DNA of 64,000 nt from the NCBI GenBank assembly GCA_051251855.1, contig JBPOGI010000001.1, positions 1,568,001 through 1,632,000 of the forward strand, read 5' to 3'. Shown here piece after piece: positions 20,712 to 33,848 of this stretch. Each line of letters starts with the position of its first letter. The stretch's first letter is position 1. The translations under genes and the position numbers were made by a program. The notes under the pieces are model-generated. The model was not told where the DNA came from, ran no database searches, and saw nothing but the letters and a program-made list of their open reading frames with translations. This DNA is from Roseibacillus sp. (GTDB taxonomy: Bacteria > Verrucomicrobiota > Verrucomicrobiia > Verrucomicrobiales > Akkermansiaceae).

Positions 20712-21230
20712 ATGAAGAAGTTCCTCATCTGTCCCCTTGCCTTGTTCGCTTCCCTCTCATCTCTGAGCGCGTTTTCCTTGGATTTCACTGGTTTTTACGA
20801 AAGCCTCGGTGCTGAACCTGACTATTCTTTCAGTGAAGGTGATAGCGGTGCTATCGCGGTCGACGACTATGGATTCTTGACCTTCATTATCCCCTCTGAG
20901 AATCCAAGCATTGTCCCTCTCTCTGACACCTATGGCGATGCCGCTCTTGAGTTCACCGACGGCCAGTCCATTCTCGTGCAATTTGTTCAGAATGCGGAAG
21001 TTACAGGCACCCCTACCAATGTGAGCCTGAACTCGATTGGTGATGGTGGCACTGGAACCTACAGCATCTTCTCAAGCAACCCAGGCGAGCCAGTCATCGG
21101 ACAGATCACTTGGGCCGGTGCTAATGGTGGAGTTGAATCAATTAGCTTTGATACCGCAGTCATTCCTGAACCTTCTGTTTCCCTGCTGGGAGGAGTTGGA
21201 ATGCTCGCCCTTCTTCGCCGTCGTCGCTAG
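20712..21230 (+). CDS. PEP-CTERM sorting-domain protein
   Basis: Signal peptide; VIPEPSVSLLGGVGMLALLRRRR. Confidence 0.9.
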   Translation: MKKFLICPLALFASLSSLSAFSLDFTGFYESLGAEPDYSFSEGDSGAIAVDDYGFLTFIIPSENPSIVPLSDTYGDAALEFTDGQSILVQFVQNAEVTGTPTNVSLNSIGDGGTGTYSIFSSNPGEPVIGQITWAGANGGVESISFDTAVIPEPSVSLLGGVGMLALLRRRR

Positions 21231-21261
21231 ACCGCAGGCCAATTCGCTTAACTTTTTGAAG

Positions 21262-21287
21262 AAGCCCTCGAGACCGAGGGCTTTTTT
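21262..21287 (+). terminator. Intrinsic terminator
   Basis: AAGCCCTCG-AGAC-CGAGGGCTT followed by T-run. Confidence 0.8.
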
Positions 21288-21373
21288 GTGTCTTTCTCTT
21301 GGCCAAATCATATTCCAACGATTGCGCCTCTGCCAATTGAGCGTAAAACTCTCCTTTGTCTCTCCGTAAGATT

Positions 21374-22894
21374 ATGATGCTTCGCCGCTTCCTCTCCCTC
21401 TTCTTTCTCACCTCCATTCTATCGAACTCAGCCGAGACTAAGCCTAACGTTATCCTCATCTTTGCCGACGACCTCGGACCGGGCATGCTGGGCTGCTACG
21501 GGCAGAAACTCGTAAAAACACCTCACATAGACCAATTGGCTCACGAGGGCATCAAGTTCTCCAACTACTACGGAGGAGTCTACTGTGCTCCTTCTCGCTG
21601 GACGCTCCTCACCGGTCTCCATGATGGCCGCATCGGAGGCTGGTCCCAAACTCGGGCTGGACTCCCCATTCAGCGCGATGCTGAAAGAATCACTGAACAA
21701 GTTTATCAGGAACGCCTCGCCGAACTAAAAGCAAAGGCCCACCCCATTGCCGAAAACGAAGTCTTCCTCGCCCAAGTTGCACAAAAAGCCGGCTACCGCA
21801 CCGCCCAATTTGGAAAGCTAGACCGAGGTTTTCTCACATGGCATGAACGTGTGAAGCGATTTGGCTGGGACTTCTACGAAGGCTATTACGATCATCAGCG
21901 CTGCCATGGCTTCTACCCCGCCTATCTTTGGCGCAATGGAGAAAAGTTCGAACTCCCAGGCAACCACGATCCCGCTTGCGGAGTGAGAAGCGAAAAGGGA
22001 GACGAGCCCGTGGGATCTGGAGGCCAAACCTACTCCCAGAATGTTTTCATCAGAGGTATTCTCAAGTTCATCCGCGAAAACAAGGACAGGCCTTTCTTCC
22101 TCTACCACCCCACTCAACTCCCCCATGGACCTGTTGCCATTCCCCAACTTCATCCCGACTTTGCCGACCACCCCACTCTTTCCTTGGCAGAAAAAAAATA
22201 TGCTTCCATGGTCAAAATGCTCGACGACCACGTCGGTCTCATCATGGCCGAATTAAAAGAACAAGGTATCGACGATAACACCATTGTCATCTTCACCTCC
22301 GACAATGGACACGAACTTTATTACGGACCTAAACCTGAATTCAAACAACAACTCCTCCCCGACGGCCAGAAAGCGAACCTCACTAACCGTAAATGGCGCA
22401 CCTCCGAGGCTGGCGACGTCTTTGATGGCGCAGGTGGCCGCGCGGGACTTAAGCGCAGTGGCTATCAAGGAGGAATGCAATGCCCCCTCATCGCTCGCTG
22501 GCCCGGGAAAATTTCACCCAATACCGAGAGCAGCCTCCTCTCCGCGCACTATGACTTCATGGCTACCCTAGCAGAAATTTGCGGAAACAAGGCCCCCTCT
22601 GGCAAAGACAGCATCTCCTATCTCCCTACCCTTCTTGGCCTCCCACAAGAGGAAAAACACGACTATCTCATCATCAACAATAAGTTCGCACGCATGGCAT
22701 CCAGCGCCCTCATTGCGCAAGACGGGATGAAAGTGGTGGAAGCAAACCGGAAAGAGAAGCGCTATCAGCTCTACAATATCCTCACCGACAATGAAGAGCG
22801 CCACGAACTCTCAAAAGAGCATCCCCAGCGTCTCAAAGACCTCCGCAAAACCCTCCAAAGCGAACTCAACTCCAAGCGTCCCGACTTACCGTAA
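21374..22894 (+). CDS. Exported sulfatase (S1)
   Basis: PNVILIFADDLG, CAPSR, SDNG; signal peptide. Confidence 0.92.
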   Translation: MMLRRFLSLFFLTSILSNSAETKPNVILIFADDLGPGMLGCYGQKLVKTPHIDQLAHEGIKFSNYYGGVYCAPSRWTLLTGLHDGRIGGWSQTRAGLPIQRDAERITEQVYQERLAELKAKAHPIAENEVFLAQVAQKAGYRTAQFGKLDRGFLTWHERVKRFGWDFYEGYYDHQRCHGFYPAYLWRNGEKFELPGNHDPACGVRSEKGDEPVGSGGQTYSQNVFIRGILKFIRENKDRPFFLYHPTQLPHGPVAIPQLHPDFADHPTLSLAEKKYASMVKMLDDHVGLIMAELKEQGIDDNTIVIFTSDNGHELYYGPKPEFKQQLLPDGQKANLTNRKWRTSEAGDVFDGAGGRAGLKRSGYQGGMQCPLIARWPGKISPNTESSLLSAHYDFMATLAEICGNKAPSGKDSISYLPTLLGLPQEEKHDYLIINNKFARMASSALIAQDGMKVVEANRKEKRYQLYNILTDNEERHELSKEHPQRLKDLRKTLQSELNSKRPDLP

Positions 22895-22920
22895 GGCTCG
22901 AGTCTCTCTAAAGATTTCCT

Positions 22921-25332
22921 TCAGTCGCTTTCTTCAAAATCGAGCTCCACTTTGAAGAAGGCTTTTTCGTTTCCTTCATGAGTGCGAAAACTCATCCAAC
23001 GGTAACTTTCGTTGAGTGCCGGCAAGCCCGTAGGATTGGGAATCACTGAAATCGCTTCTCCCCATTCTTGTAAATCGAAAGAAGAACGAATCTGATAGTT
23101 CATTCCACCAACTTGATAGGAACTCCCTTCACCTTGGCCTCCAGCGAGGACAGGGACGCTGAAAAACTTCATTCCATTGTCGTCTTCTTCACTCTGGAAT
23201 AGAAAAGGACCACACGCACCAGAGAAGAGATTCGGATTCAAGCCAAAGGCAAATTCCTTGAGAGACTGAGACTCAAAGCTATTCGCAAAATAATCGATCC
23301 CAGCCTGCTGAAGCGCCAAAGCCTCAGCTCCCGCGGTTATCTCGAATTCAATCCAGTTGAGATTCGTTCCGTCTCCAGTCGTTTCGATGCGCAGAACTTG
23401 CTCTCCCGAAAACGGAATCACGATTCCCTCCAATTCAGACGATTCCCACGAATTGAAAGCCCCCGTATCAGGGACTACGAATAGCCCTAATTCCTGTCCA
23501 CTCATGAGCAACCTCAGCGGTGCGGGATTGTCTAGGCCACTCGCCGTTCTTACTATCACCCTGTATATTCCGGGAGTGACGTTGACCGTGTATTCCACCC
23601 ACTCGTTGGAGTCAAAATAGCCAAGACCGAAACTCCCATCCACGTCGCCCGAAGGCTCAATATCGACTCCCTCATCCCGATAGCTCCCTGTGATGTTAAA
23701 GTCCTCGTTATCTTGATACCCAATTCCTTGCCCACCGGTATCGAAATTTTCCGCCTCAACTCGATCTGGAATATTAGCGAGATTCCCGTCGAAAGGAGCT
23801 TGGCCTTCATTGTCTTGTGCGGTCTCAAAACGAACCCAATCGAGCGCAAAGCCACCGCCCTCAAATTCCAATCTCAAAGTGACCTCTCCCGATGTTTGTA
23901 GGCTCAGATCACTCAACTCCAGAGTCCTCCATCCTGATTCCCCGCCATCAGCAAAGACCGCGCGTCGCCCCACTTCCTCGCCATCAATCAAAACTCGGAT
24001 AGAACTGGCCAAGAAAGGCGCTCCCGCCACACGAGCTAAGAAATTGTAATCTCCAGAGCTCAAATCAACGGTGTACTCCAGCCATTCCCCATCCTCAATT
24101 TGAGTGACGACATAACCACCGTCAGATTCAGTAGAAGGCAATAAATCGACCCCTTCATCGCGATAATCGTCGCCTAAGTTCTCCGCATCTCTGTCGAAAT
24201 ACGCGACCTCTCTTCCCCCTTGATCGAAATCCTCCGCCTCAATCGAACCCGGAATTGAAAGCTCCTCGTTAAAGACAGCTTGTTCCGGATAAATGATCGT
24301 TTCCGCTATCAATTCGAGGTTCGTCAGGCTCCCTCGCACAGTATCGGTGCTGTAAACGGTTGCTAAACCGCTTCTACTCGCGTCAGTAGAGGTGGCGCTG
24401 AGTGTCGCGGTATCAAATTCTGACAGGGAAAGAATCTCTGGCAGCTGATCTGATTGAAAAACGGTTCCTGATGAATCTTCAAAGAGAAATTGAAAGGTCG
24501 TCCCACTGGATGTTCCTGATCGGTAATCAACCTGATAGGCACGATAGTAGAGCGAAAGGCTGTCTTCAACCGAAGCCGCTGGTGTTTCGAAATCTGACTC
24601 CGTGAAATCATTTTTCACAGTCGCAGTTAGCCTTGCGAAGGAATTCGAACTGTTGAACCACGTCGACTGGTTTCCAAGCTTTGCTGACTGATAATAAATA
24701 CCATATCTAGCATCTCCAGTATCTTTCAGACCATCGAATTGGCCTAACGAAGGATCCAACGGCTGAGAATCAGAGAAGGAGCGATTTAGAGTGAACCTTC
24801 CAGCCGTCAGGTCACCAGTGAAGATCTGCCCGCTTCCTCCACTAACACCAGGAGGTCCGTTGCTTACCCTGCCCGAAGATTCTCTACTGTCTATCGTCTG
24901 CTCGAACGAATAGTGCTGAATATGCAACACCTCAGAAGAGGTCGGAATTGAAATAGAGGACCACTCGTTATAAATATCCTCATCAGAGGTAATGATATTA
25001 AAACGGTGAGAACCGCTAACAAGGTTCTCCTTGATTGGAATCTCGATCCAAAACGAAAGACTCCCTTCAGAGAAGGTGTAGTCCACTTCCCTTGGAAAAT
25101 CGAAGGAACTCAAGCTCGCAGGGTCATCTAGTGAGAGGCTGAAATTTATATCTCGAGGAGCAGGAATGAATTCAATCACTCCAGACTCCCTTAAGCGGAC
25201 TTCTATTTTAACCACCCCATCCCGCTGATTGAAATATGAGTCAAAACTCAAAAATGTGAGAGCCTGAAGTTGGCAGAGAGCTCCGGAAAACAGGAACGTC
25301 CAAAACAAAGCTGTGGTCTTGTGAAAAATCAT
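22921..25332 (-). CDS. Secreted protein with two CBM6-like carbohydrate-binding modules
   Basis: Signal peptide; two repeats IEAEDFDQGG...YRDEGVD...GEWLEYTV / VEAENFDTGG...YRDEGVD...NEWVEYTV; C-terminal FAFGLNP...FFKVEL domain. Confidence 0.75.
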   Translation of the reverse strand: MIFHKTTALFWTFLFSGALCQLQALTFLSFDSYFNQRDGVVKIEVRLRESGVIEFIPAPRDINFSLSLDDPASLSSFDFPREVDYTFSEGSLSFWIEIPIKENLVSGSHRFNIITSDEDIYNEWSSISIPTSSEVLHIQHYSFEQTIDSRESSGRVSNGPPGVSGGSGQIFTGDLTAGRFTLNRSFSDSQPLDPSLGQFDGLKDTGDARYGIYYQSAKLGNQSTWFNSSNSFARLTATVKNDFTESDFETPAASVEDSLSLYYRAYQVDYRSGTSSGTTFQFLFEDSSGTVFQSDQLPEILSLSEFDTATLSATSTDASRSGLATVYSTDTVRGSLTNLELIAETIIYPEQAVFNEELSIPGSIEAEDFDQGGREVAYFDRDAENLGDDYRDEGVDLLPSTESDGGYVVTQIEDGEWLEYTVDLSSGDYNFLARVAGAPFLASSIRVLIDGEEVGRRAVFADGGESGWRTLELSDLSLQTSGEVTLRLEFEGGGFALDWVRFETAQDNEGQAPFDGNLANIPDRVEAENFDTGGQGIGYQDNEDFNITGSYRDEGVDIEPSGDVDGSFGLGYFDSNEWVEYTVNVTPGIYRVIVRTASGLDNPAPLRLLMSGQELGLFVVPDTGAFNSWESSELEGIVIPFSGEQVLRIETTGDGTNLNWIEFEITAGAEALALQQAGIDYFANSFESQSLKEFAFGLNPNLFSGACGPFLFQSEEDDNGMKFFSVPVLAGGQGEGSSYQVGGMNYQIRSSFDLQEWGEAISVIPNPTGLPALNESYRWMSFRTHEGNEKAFFKVELDFEESD

Positions 25333-25558
25333 TGCCTTTGAGGGTTAATTCTCAGCCAAAGATCAATTTTCTCGGTTGAGATTAAGGACACCTAACAAAT
25401 ACACCTATAAGTAGCGACTAATTTTTTTAAACCCAGGCAATAGGCACCCACAACCAACGACTTAGGAATAGTTGAAATTGAGTTCAATTTGCTCTTTAAA
25501 AATAGATCTTCGGCAATACTTCAGGACCCTCCCCATCCTTGCAGCTGGTTAGAAACGC

Positions 25559-25592
25559 AAAAAATCCGGATACCTCTTTCGAGATATCCGGA
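25559..25592 (-). terminator. rpoBC operon terminator
   Basis: Minus strand TCCGGATATCTC-GAAA-GAGGTATCCGGA followed by T-run. Confidence 0.85.
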
Positions 25593-25630
25593 CTTAAAAC
25601 TAATTGAGCGACTCTTAGGTCGCCTTGCTG

Positions 25631-28600
25631 TTAGGCGCTTTCCTTGATGTCTTCGTCGGAATCCATCTCGGGTTCCGCTGCTGGCTCAGGAGAGACTTCA
25701 GCGACAGTATCCTCAGCTACTTCGCCTTCAGCAATTGCTGAAATGGCTTCGATTGCTTCGTCAGCTTCAACTTCGGCAGCAGTAGGTGCTTCCACGAGGG
25801 ACTCTTCGCCTTCAGGGACTTCTGAATCAGAAGCTTCCACAATGGGCTCGGGCTCTTCAACGGTCAGCTCGATGTCGACTGAACGGTGAGTATGGAAACC
25901 GGTTCCGGCAGGAATCAGATGACCCATGATGACGTTCTCTTTGAATCCAGTGAGACGGTCAATCTTGCCCATGGTCGCGGCCTCGGTGAGGACACGAGTG
26001 GTGTCCTGGAAGGACGCGGCAGAGATGAAGGACTCAGTCTCAAGAGAAGCCTTGGTGATACCCAAGAGAACAGGCTCAGCTTCAGCGGGCTTACCACCCT
26101 GCTCAGCGAGTTCCTCGTTCACCTTCTTGAAGGTCACCCGCTCCACTTGGTCACCCCAAAGGAAATCAGAGTCACCAGGCTCAGTGATACGCACTTTGCG
26201 CAGCATCTGGCGAATGACGACTTCGATGTGCTTGTCGTTAATCTCCACACCCTGGGCGCGGTAGACGGACTGAACTTCGGAGACGAGGTGCTCTTGGAGA
26301 GCTTGAGTTCCGCACGCTTCGAGCAAATCTTCGGGAGCCACAGGGCCCTCGGTGATTTGGTCACCACGCTTGAGAAGGTCACCCTCGGTCACGATAATCT
26401 GACGGCCCATAGGGACGAGGTGGTCAACGGACTCGCCGCTTTCCACGTCGGTCACGATGACCTTCTTCTTACCACGAACGGTTCCGCCAAAGGAAACGTC
26501 ACCGTCAATCTTGGCGATAACACAAGCGTCTTTCGGACGACGGGACTCGAAGAGTTCCGCAACCCGTGGTAGACCACCGGTAATATCCTTCGTCTTGGCA
26601 ACCTTACGAGGCGTCCGCGCAACCTGCGTTCCACCGGCGACTTTGGCACCTTCTTTAACAGAAAGGTGAGCGCCGACAGGAATGGAGTAGTTGGCGAGAA
26701 CTTCCTTGGACTTGGGGTCGACGACGACCACCTGTGGGTGAAGGTCTTCCTTGTGCTCGGTGACGGTCATTCCCTTCTTACCGGTCTCCTTATCGGTCTC
26801 GGTTTGAACGGTAATTCCGACAATCATATCGCGGAATTCAACCTTACCAGCCTTCTCGGAAATAATCGGCACGGAGTGAGGATCCCAAGTGAGAATCTGA
26901 GCTCCTTTTTTCACCTCGGCGCCATCGGCCGCCTTAATGACGGAACCAATCACAACCTTGTGAGATTCAAGCTCGAGACCATCTTTGTCGCGAATGGAAA
27001 CCTTACCGTTCTTGTTGAGAACAACGAAGTTGCCATCGACATCCTCTACCGCACGCAAGTCAATAAAGGTGATGAAACCTTTGTTCTTGGCAGTAATGAA
27101 GGGCTGTTTGGTGGCACCAAAGGCAACACCACCGGAGTGGAATGTGCGCATGGTCAACTGTGTTCCAGGCTCACCAATGGACTGTGCCGCGATGATACCC
27201 ACTGCTTGACCAATCTGAGCAAGCTCGTTGGTCGCAAGGTTGAGGCCATAACACTTCACACAACATCCACGGTCTGACTCACAAGTGAGAGCAGAACGGA
27301 CGCGGAGTTGTTCGAGGCCAACATTCTCGACGGCAAGAGAAGTCTTCTCGTCGATGTGCTGTCCTGGCTTGAGGATGACTTTGCCGGTTACGGGGTCAGT
27401 CACCTTCTCCAAAGAAGTTCGGCCATAGATGCGGGATGCCAAGGAAGTGGACTCCTCGTCACCACTATAAATGGTGTGCATGGTGAGTCCGTTGACAGTT
27501 TCGCAGTCAGGGATGGTCACGATGACGTCCTGAGAAACATCGACCAACTTACGGGTCATGTATCCGGAGTCAGCGGTCTTCAGTGCGGTATCGGCAAGAC
27601 CCTTACGCGCACCGTGAGTGGAGATGAAGAACTCCAACACCGAAAGACCTTCACGGAAGTTCGAAGTAATGGGGCGTTCGATAATCTCACCAGATGGCTT
27701 GGCCATGAGACCACGCATACCGGAGAGCTGCTTAATCTGGTTCTTGTTACCACGAGCACCAGAGTCGACCATCATGAAGAGTGGGTTGGCGATGACTTTG
27801 CCATCGTTGTGCTCAATCTTACGATAGAGCGCACTCGCGATGTGATCGGTGGCACGGGTCCAAATATCGACCACCTTCTGGTAGCGCTCGCCGTTGGTGA
27901 TAATACCATTGCGGTAGTGCTTGGTGACGGTTTCGATTTCGGCGTAGGCCTTAGCCACTTCGACCTTCTTCTCCTCGGGGACGACCATGTCGACGATACC
28001 GATGGAGATTCCAGAACGAGACGCTTCTTTGAAACCGAGCTCTTTGAGCAAGTCGAGAGACTCAACTGTCGGTCCTCGTCCGGCGGCCTGATAGGAACGC
28101 CAGATGATGTTTCCGATCTGCTTCTTACCGACGGTCTCGTTGACGAAACCAAGACCTTGCGGCCAAATCTCGTTGAAACGAACACGACCCGGAGTGGTGA
28201 TGATGTGGCGTGACTCTTTGTCACCCAAAATGGTTTCCTTACCGAAGTCAGGGTTCTTGATGCGAATCCATTGGTGATAGTTCACTCCACGCTGGGAAAT
28301 GGCATACTCGACCTCGTTAGTGTCTGAGAACGAAGGCAGGCTCACGTCAGTGGCTGGCTTCACCGCAGAACGCACGTAGGTGAGGTAGTAAATTCCAAGA
28401 ATGATGTCCTGAGAAGGAGTCGTGATGGGCTGACCACTTGCTGGTGAGAACAAGTTGTTAGGCGCCAACATGAGCTGACGACACTCCATCTGCGCTTCCA
28501 CGGAAAGTGGAACGTGCACCGCCATTTGGTCACCATCGAAGTCGGCGTTGTAGGCCGAACAAGTCAATGCGTGCAAACGAATGGCAGAACCCTCAATCAA

Positions 28601-29932
28601 GACGGGCTCGAAAGCCTGAATGGACAAACGGTGAAGAGTAGGAGCGCGGTTCAACATCACAGGGTGACCTTTGGTCACTTCTGCGAGGATGTCCCAGACC
28701 TCGGTGGTCTTGCGGTCGATCATCTTCTTAGCGGAACGGACGGTGTGGCAATAGCCAAGCTCCTTAAGGCGACGGATGATGAAGGGCTCAAACAAAGTGA
28801 GAGCCATCTTCTTCGGCAATCCGCACTGGTGAAGCTTGAGGTCAGGACCAATCACGATCACGGAACGACCGGAATAGTCGACACGCTTACCGAGAAGGTT
28901 CTGACGGAAGCGACCACCCTTACCCTTGAGCATGTCAGAGAGGGATTTGAGAGGACGGTTACCCGCACCGGTGACTGCACGGCCGTGACGACCGTTGTCG
29001 AACAAGGCGTCGACCGCTTCCTGGAGCATGCGCTTCTCGTTTCGAATGATGACCTCGGGGGTCTTCAACTGGAGAAGGTTGCGGAGACGGTTGTTGCGGT
29101 TGATGACACGACGGTAGAGGTCGTTGAGGTCAGAAGTCGCAAAGCGGCCCCCTTCCAAAGGAACCAAAGGACGAAGATCGGGAGGAATGACCGGAAGGGT
29201 ATTCATCACCATCCACTCAGGGCGAGTGTTGGAACCGTGGAAGCCCTGAGCGAGCTTGAGTCGCTTGGCGAGCTTCTTGCGGTTCTGCTTGGAGCGAGTG
29301 GCATCCATGGCCTCTTCGAGCTCGACGATCAATTTGGGTAGATCGACTTGCTTGAGGGATTCTTGGAGGGCTTCAGCACCCATTGCGGCGCGGAAGGCGT
29401 CTTCGCCGTAGTCGTCCTCGGCGTCGCGGAGCTCGACTTCCGTCAAAAGCTGACCGAGTTCGAGAGGCGTGTTGCCGGGATCGATGACCATGTAGTCCTC
29501 GTAGTAAATCACGCGCTCGAGTTGGCGAGCAGCCATATCAAGGACCAAGCCGATGCGGCTGGGCATACATTTGTAGAACCAGATGTGGCTGACAGGAACT
29601 GCCAACTCGATGTGGCCCATACGCTCGCGACGGACACGGGAGAGGGTGACCTCTACTCCACAACGGTCGCAGATGACGCCCTTGTGCTTGATTCGCTTGT
29701 ATTTTCCGCAAGCACACTCCCAGTCCCGAGTAGGACCAAAGATTCGCTCACAAAAGAGACCACCCTTCTCGGGCTTGAAAGTCCGGTAGTTGATGGTTTC
29801 AGGATTCTTGACCTCACCGTGACTCCAGCTCCGAATGGTTTCGGGATGGGCAACAGTGATGGCGACGTGGTCAAAAGCTTCAGGCTTTTCGTCTACCCCG
29901 TAAAGGTCACGTAAATTGGTTTCAACGCTCAT
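25631..29932 (-). CDS. rpoC: RNA polymerase beta' subunit
   Basis: NADFDGD, zinc-binding cysteines, trigger loop [13 protein letters not shown]. Confidence 0.99.
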   Translation of the reverse strand: MSVETNLRDLYGVDEKPEAFDHVAITVAHPETIRSWSHGEVKNPETINYRTFKPEKGGLFCERIFGPTRDWECACGKYKRIKHKGVICDRCGVEVTLSRVRRERMGHIELAVPVSHIWFYKCMPSRIGLVLDMAARQLERVIYYEDYMVIDPGNTPLELGQLLTEVELRDAEDDYGEDAFRAAMGAEALQESLKQVDLPKLIVELEEAMDATRSKQNRKKLAKRLKLAQGFHGSNTRPEWMVMNTLPVIPPDLRPLVPLEGGRFATSDLNDLYRRVINRNNRLRNLLQLKTPEVIIRNEKRMLQEAVDALFDNGRHGRAVTGAGNRPLKSLSDMLKGKGGRFRQNLLGKRVDYSGRSVIVIGPDLKLHQCGLPKKMALTLFEPFIIRRLKELGYCHTVRSAKKMIDRKTTEVWDILAEVTKGHPVMLNRAPTLHRLSIQAFEPVLIEGSAIRLHALTCSAYNADFDGDQMAVHVPLSVEAQMECRQLMLAPNNLFSPASGQPITTPSQDIILGIYYLTYVRSAVKPATDVSLPSFSDTNEVEYAISQRGVNYHQWIRIKNPDFGKETILGDKESRHIITTPGRVRFNEIWPQGLGFVNETVGKKQIGNIIWRSYQAAGRGPTVESLDLLKELGFKEASRSGISIGIVDMVVPEEKKVEVAKAYAEIETVTKHYRNGIITNGERYQKVVDIWTRATDHIASALYRKIEHNDGKVIANPLFMMVDSGARGNKNQIKQLSGMRGLMAKPSGEIIERPITSNFREGLSVLEFFISTHGARKGLADTALKTADSGYMTRKLVDVSQDVIVTIPDCETVNGLTMHTIYSGDEESTSLASRIYGRTSLEKVTDPVTGKVILKPGQHIDEKTSLAVENVGLEQLRVRSALTCESDRGCCVKCYGLNLATNELAQIGQAVGIIAAQSIGEPGTQLTMRTFHSGGVAFGATKQPFITAKNKGFITFIDLRAVEDVDGNFVVLNKNGKVSIRDKDGLELESHKVVIGSVIKAADGAEVKKGAQILTWDPHSVPIISEKAGKVEFRDMIVGITVQTETDKETGKKGMTVTEHKEDLHPQVVVVDPKSKEVLANYSIPVGAHLSVKEGAKVAGGTQVARTPRKVAKTKDITGGLPRVAELFESRRPKDACVIAKIDGDVSFGGTVRGKKKVIVTDVESGESVDHLVPMGRQIIVTEGDLLKRGDQITEGPVAPEDLLEACGTQALQEHLVSEVQSVYRAQGVEINDKHIEVVIRQMLRKVRITEPGDSDFLWGDQVERVTFKKVNEELAEQGGKPAEAEPVLLGITKASLETESFISAASFQDTTRVLTEAATMGKIDRLTGFKENVIMGHLIPAGTGFHTHRSVDIELTVEEPEPIVEASDSEVPEGEESLVEAPTAAEVEADEAIEAISAIAEGEVAEDTVAEVSPEPAAEPEMDSDEDIKESA

Positions 29933-29969
29933 AAATCGTATTTAGTAAATAGGTTGGTTATCGGGGAAA

Positions 29970-32900
29970 TTAGATAGTGAGATCGTCCAAGGAGAAGTCG
30001 TCGGAGAGTCCCACCCCTTCGCCAGCTTCTTTTGCTGCAAGTCCGCGGCCTGGCTTGACGTCCAGTCCGAGAGATTGCATTTCCTTGATCAATACGTTGA
30101 ATGATTCGGGAGTTCCCGCTTCGAGGGTGTTATCCCCTTTCACGATGGACTCATAGATTCGGGTCCGTCCTTGCACGTCATCCGACTTCACAGTCAAAAG
30201 CTCCTGCAAGGTGTAGGCCGCGCCATAGGCTTCGAGGGCCCAGACTTCCATCTCTCCGAAACGCTGACCACCGTATTGGGCTTTACCACCCAAGGGTTGC
30301 TGCGTAACGAGCGAGTAAGGTCCCACCGCACGAGCGTGGATCTTATCGGCAATGAGGTGACCGAGCTTGAGCATGTAGATTTGACCGACAACGACAGGCT
30401 GGTGAATCGGGTCACCAGTCCGGCCATCATAGAGCATGCTCTTACCGGCGACGGAACCGTCTTTGCCATCACCAATCCAGTCAAAACCAGGAACGGCCTT
30501 GGCCTCTGACATGTATTCCCAAATCTTGTCCTCGTGGATACCGTCGAAAATCGGGGTCGCCACTTTGAATCCGAGGGCTTTGGCAGCGACACCGAGGTGT
30601 GTTTCCAAAACCTGTCCCACGTTCATCCGAGAAGGAACGCCGAGTGGGTTCAAGCAGATGTCGATAGGAGTTCCATCGGAGAGGAACGGCATGTCGGCCT
30701 CGGGAACGATAATGGCGACAACACCTTTGTTTCCGTGACGTCCCGCCATCTTGTCACCGACAGAAAGCTTACGCTTCTTGGCGACAAAGACCTTCACTTC
30801 CTTAATCACGCCGGGGTCGACTTCGTCTCCGCTCTCGATTTGGTCGAGGCGACGTTCGCGGTCGGTATCGAGCTCGCCGAAGCGGGACTCGAAGCTCTGG
30901 ATGATTTCGAGAATCTTGTTCCGAATCGGGCTCGGGTCGATTTCGATGTGGTCATGGGCACTCGCGAGCTTGCGAAGAAGAGTCTTCGTAATCTTGCGGT
31001 TGGCCGGGATGATGATTTCGCCGGTTTGGGCGTTGACGACATCGAGAGGAATTTTCTCTCCCAAAAGAATGTCGGAAAGCTTCTCAGTGAGGTCGTCAGT
31101 GAGCTTGTCTTTCTTCTTCTTGTAGTCGTCGTTGATCTTCTTGAGCTGCTTCTTGGCTTCGGCGGTATTCACCTCTTCGTTGCGCACGCGGGCAACTCCA
31201 TGGGAAGACATCCGAATCTCTTGCACGATACCAATTGTTCCAGAAGGAACGCGCAAGGAAGTGTCCTTCACGTCCGCTGCTTTCTCACCGAAAATGGCGC
31301 GCAAGAGGCGCTCTTCCGGTGCAAGTTCGGTTTCGCTCTTGGGAGTGATTTTACCAACAAGGATATCTCCGGGATGCACTTCGGCACCGACGCGGACGAT
31401 TCCGTCGTGGTCGAGGTTCTTGAGAGCCTCTTCCCCTACGTTTGGAATATCGCGTGTAATTTCCTCTGGTCCCAGCTTGGTGTCACGGGCAGCGACATCG
31501 AACTCGGAGATGTGGATGGAAGTGTAAACGTCATCTTTCACGATGCGCTCGGAAATCACGATGGCATCCTCAAAGTTATATCCGTTCCAAGGCATGAACG
31601 CGACGAGCACGTTACGTCCAAGGGCCAGTTCGCCTTGCTCGGTGTTCGGTCCGTCCGCGAGAACGTCGCCGACTTTGATCTTCTTCCCTTTCGCCACGAT
31701 GGGCTTCTGGTTGATGCAAGAACCGGAGTTCGAACGCATGAACTTGCGGAGAGGATAAACGTAGATGCCTTTATCAGGGACGGTCTTGAGAACCTCGGGG
31801 GTGCTCAGGAACTTTTCGTCCGAGATAGGAAGCTCGCCGTCCTTGGTGGTGACGATGAATTCAGCAGTCGCGGCAGCGACAACGCCGTCCGCTTCGGAGA
31901 CGATGACTGCGCGTGAGTCGCGGGCCGCTTTGCCTTCCAAACCAGTTCCCACGAAGGGAGACTCGGAAACCAAAAGTGGCACCCCTTGACGCTGCATGTT
32001 CGCTCCCATGAGGGCGCGGTTGGCATCATCGTGCTCGAGGAAAGGAATCATTCCGGCCGCAACTGAAACGAGCTGCTTGGGAGAAACGTCCATGTAATGA
32101 GTCTCGGAAGGAAGAACCTCTAGGAACTCACCACGCTCACGAGCGGTGATGCGCTCGGTGGTGAAGCCGCCTTTGTCGTCGATGGGGTTACTCGCCTGGG
32201 CGATGAGATAACCTTCTTCTTGGTCGGCGGTGAGATACTCGATGTTCTTGGTCACCTTGCCGTTTTTAACTTGGCGATAAGGAGTCTCGATGAATCCGAA
32301 CTCGTTGATACGAGCGTAGGTGCACATCGAGTTAATGAGACCAATATTGGGACCCTCAGGAGTCTCAATCGGGCAAATGCGTCCGTAGTGAGACGGGTGA
32401 ACGTCACGAACTTCGAAACCAGCACGATCACGGTTCAGTCCACCAGGTCCAAGAGCCGAAAGACGGCGCTTGTGGGTGAGCTCGGCGAGCGGGTTGGTTT
32501 GGTCCATGAACTGGGACAACTGGGAACGACCGAAGAAGTCACGAACGACGGCGCTGAGCGCTTTCGGGTTGATGAGTTTCTGTGGCGTCATGCCCTCGAT
32601 GTTCACGTCGAACAAAGTCATGCGCTCTTTCACCAAACGCTCGGTGCGGGCAAGACCCACGCGGCACTGGTTGGCGAGCAATTCACCGACCGCACGGACG
32701 CGGCGTGAACCAAGGTGATCGATATCGTCGAGGACACCTTCCCCTTTTTTAAGCTTGAGAAGATACTTCACGGCCGCGAGGAAATCCTCGGAAACCATGA
32801 TGCGCTCATTGGGGTCAACTCCCACTTGGAGCTTCTGGTTGATCTTGTAACGACCGACGCGAGTGAGGTCATACTTCTTAGGATCAAAGAAGAGACGCTT

Positions 32901-33848
32901 GAGCAATGCACGGGCATTGGCTGCAGTTGGCGGGTCGCCGGGGCGGAGCTTCTTGTAGATATCCTTGAGCGCGGACTCTTCGTCGTGCGCGGGGTCTTTG
33001 CGAAGGGACTTGAGAAGAATCTCGTCTTCGGTGGAGTCGATGACTTCAAGAGACTTGACGCCGAGAGCGAGAAGCTGGTTCACAACTCCGATAGTCATGG
33101 GCTCGTAAGCACGAGCGACCACGATTTCGCCATCGTGAATGTCCTCGAAAGGAACCTTCGAAGCGAGGAGGTCCTCGTCCATGCTGGCTGAAAGCTTGAG
33201 CTTCTGGACGGTGTAGAAGTTCTCCACGATGTCCCGGTCGGTCGGGAATCCGAGGGCACGCAAGAAGGTCGTGGCGAGGAACTTTCTTCTCCGGCGACGA
33301 CGGTCAAGATAGACGTAAAGAAGGTCGTTGGTGTCGAACTGGGTCTCCAACCAGGAACCACGGTCCGGAATGATGCGGAAAGAGTGAAGAATCTTACCAT
33401 TCAAGTGAATGGAAGTCTCGAAACAGATACCAGGTGAGCGGTGAAGCTGGGCGACAATCACGCGCTCAGCACCGTTGATCACGAATGTGCCACGACGAGT
33501 CATCATCGGAAGCTCACCCATATAAACACGCTCTTTCTTGGTCGCGCTTTCGTCTTTCAACTTGAACGTCACATAGAGAGCCGAGCTGAAGGTCTCGCTG
33601 GACCGCAAAGACTCGAGAGAGCTCATTTTGGGTGCTTCAATGTCGTAAGCGACAAAATCGAGCTCGACGGTGTCGTCATAGCTCTTGATCGGGAAGACCT
33701 CTTTAAAGACCGCTTGCAGGCCGGTGTCGGCCCGCTGCGATGGAGGAATGTCCTGTTGCAAAAAGTCCTCATAGGACTTGCTTTGGACCTCGATCAGGTT
33801 TGGTGGTTCAATGACCTCTTTGATTGTTCCGAAGTAACGGCGTTCCAT
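29970..33848 (-). CDS. rpoB: RNA polymerase beta subunit
   Basis: [34 protein letters not shown]. Confidence 0.99.
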   Translation of the reverse strand: MERRYFGTIKEVIEPPNLIEVQSKSYEDFLQQDIPPSQRADTGLQAVFKEVFPIKSYDDTVELDFVAYDIEAPKMSSLESLRSSETFSSALYVTFKLKDESATKKERVYMGELPMMTRRGTFVINGAERVIVAQLHRSPGICFETSIHLNGKILHSFRIIPDRGSWLETQFDTNDLLYVYLDRRRRRRKFLATTFLRALGFPTDRDIVENFYTVQKLKLSASMDEDLLASKVPFEDIHDGEIVVARAYEPMTIGVVNQLLALGVKSLEVIDSTEDEILLKSLRKDPAHDEESALKDIYKKLRPGDPPTAANARALLKRLFFDPKKYDLTRVGRYKINQKLQVGVDPNERIMVSEDFLAAVKYLLKLKKGEGVLDDIDHLGSRRVRAVGELLANQCRVGLARTERLVKERMTLFDVNIEGMTPQKLINPKALSAVVRDFFGRSQLSQFMDQTNPLAELTHKRRLSALGPGGLNRDRAGFEVRDVHPSHYGRICPIETPEGPNIGLINSMCTYARINEFGFIETPYRQVKNGKVTKNIEYLTADQEEGYLIAQASNPIDDKGGFTTERITARERGEFLEVLPSETHYMDVSPKQLVSVAAGMIPFLEHDDANRALMGANMQRQGVPLLVSESPFVGTGLEGKAARDSRAVIVSEADGVVAAATAEFIVTTKDGELPISDEKFLSTPEVLKTVPDKGIYVYPLRKFMRSNSGSCINQKPIVAKGKKIKVGDVLADGPNTEQGELALGRNVLVAFMPWNGYNFEDAIVISERIVKDDVYTSIHISEFDVAARDTKLGPEEITRDIPNVGEEALKNLDHDGIVRVGAEVHPGDILVGKITPKSETELAPEERLLRAIFGEKAADVKDTSLRVPSGTIGIVQEIRMSSHGVARVRNEEVNTAEAKKQLKKINDDYKKKKDKLTDDLTEKLSDILLGEKIPLDVVNAQTGEIIIPANRKITKTLLRKLASAHDHIEIDPSPIRNKILEIIQSFESRFGELDTDRERRLDQIESGDEVDPGVIKEVKVFVAKKRKLSVGDKMAGRHGNKGVVAIIVPEADMPFLSDGTPIDICLNPLGVPSRMNVGQVLETHLGVAAKALGFKVATPIFDGIHEDKIWEYMSEAKAVPGFDWIGDGKDGSVAGKSMLYDGRTGDPIHQPVVVGQIYMLKLGHLIADKIHARAVGPYSLVTQQPLGGKAQYGGQRFGEMEVWALEAYGAAYTLQELLTVKSDDVQGRTRIYESIVKGDNTLEAGTPESFNVLIKEMQSLGLDVKPGRGLAAKEAGEGVGLSDDFSLDDLTI

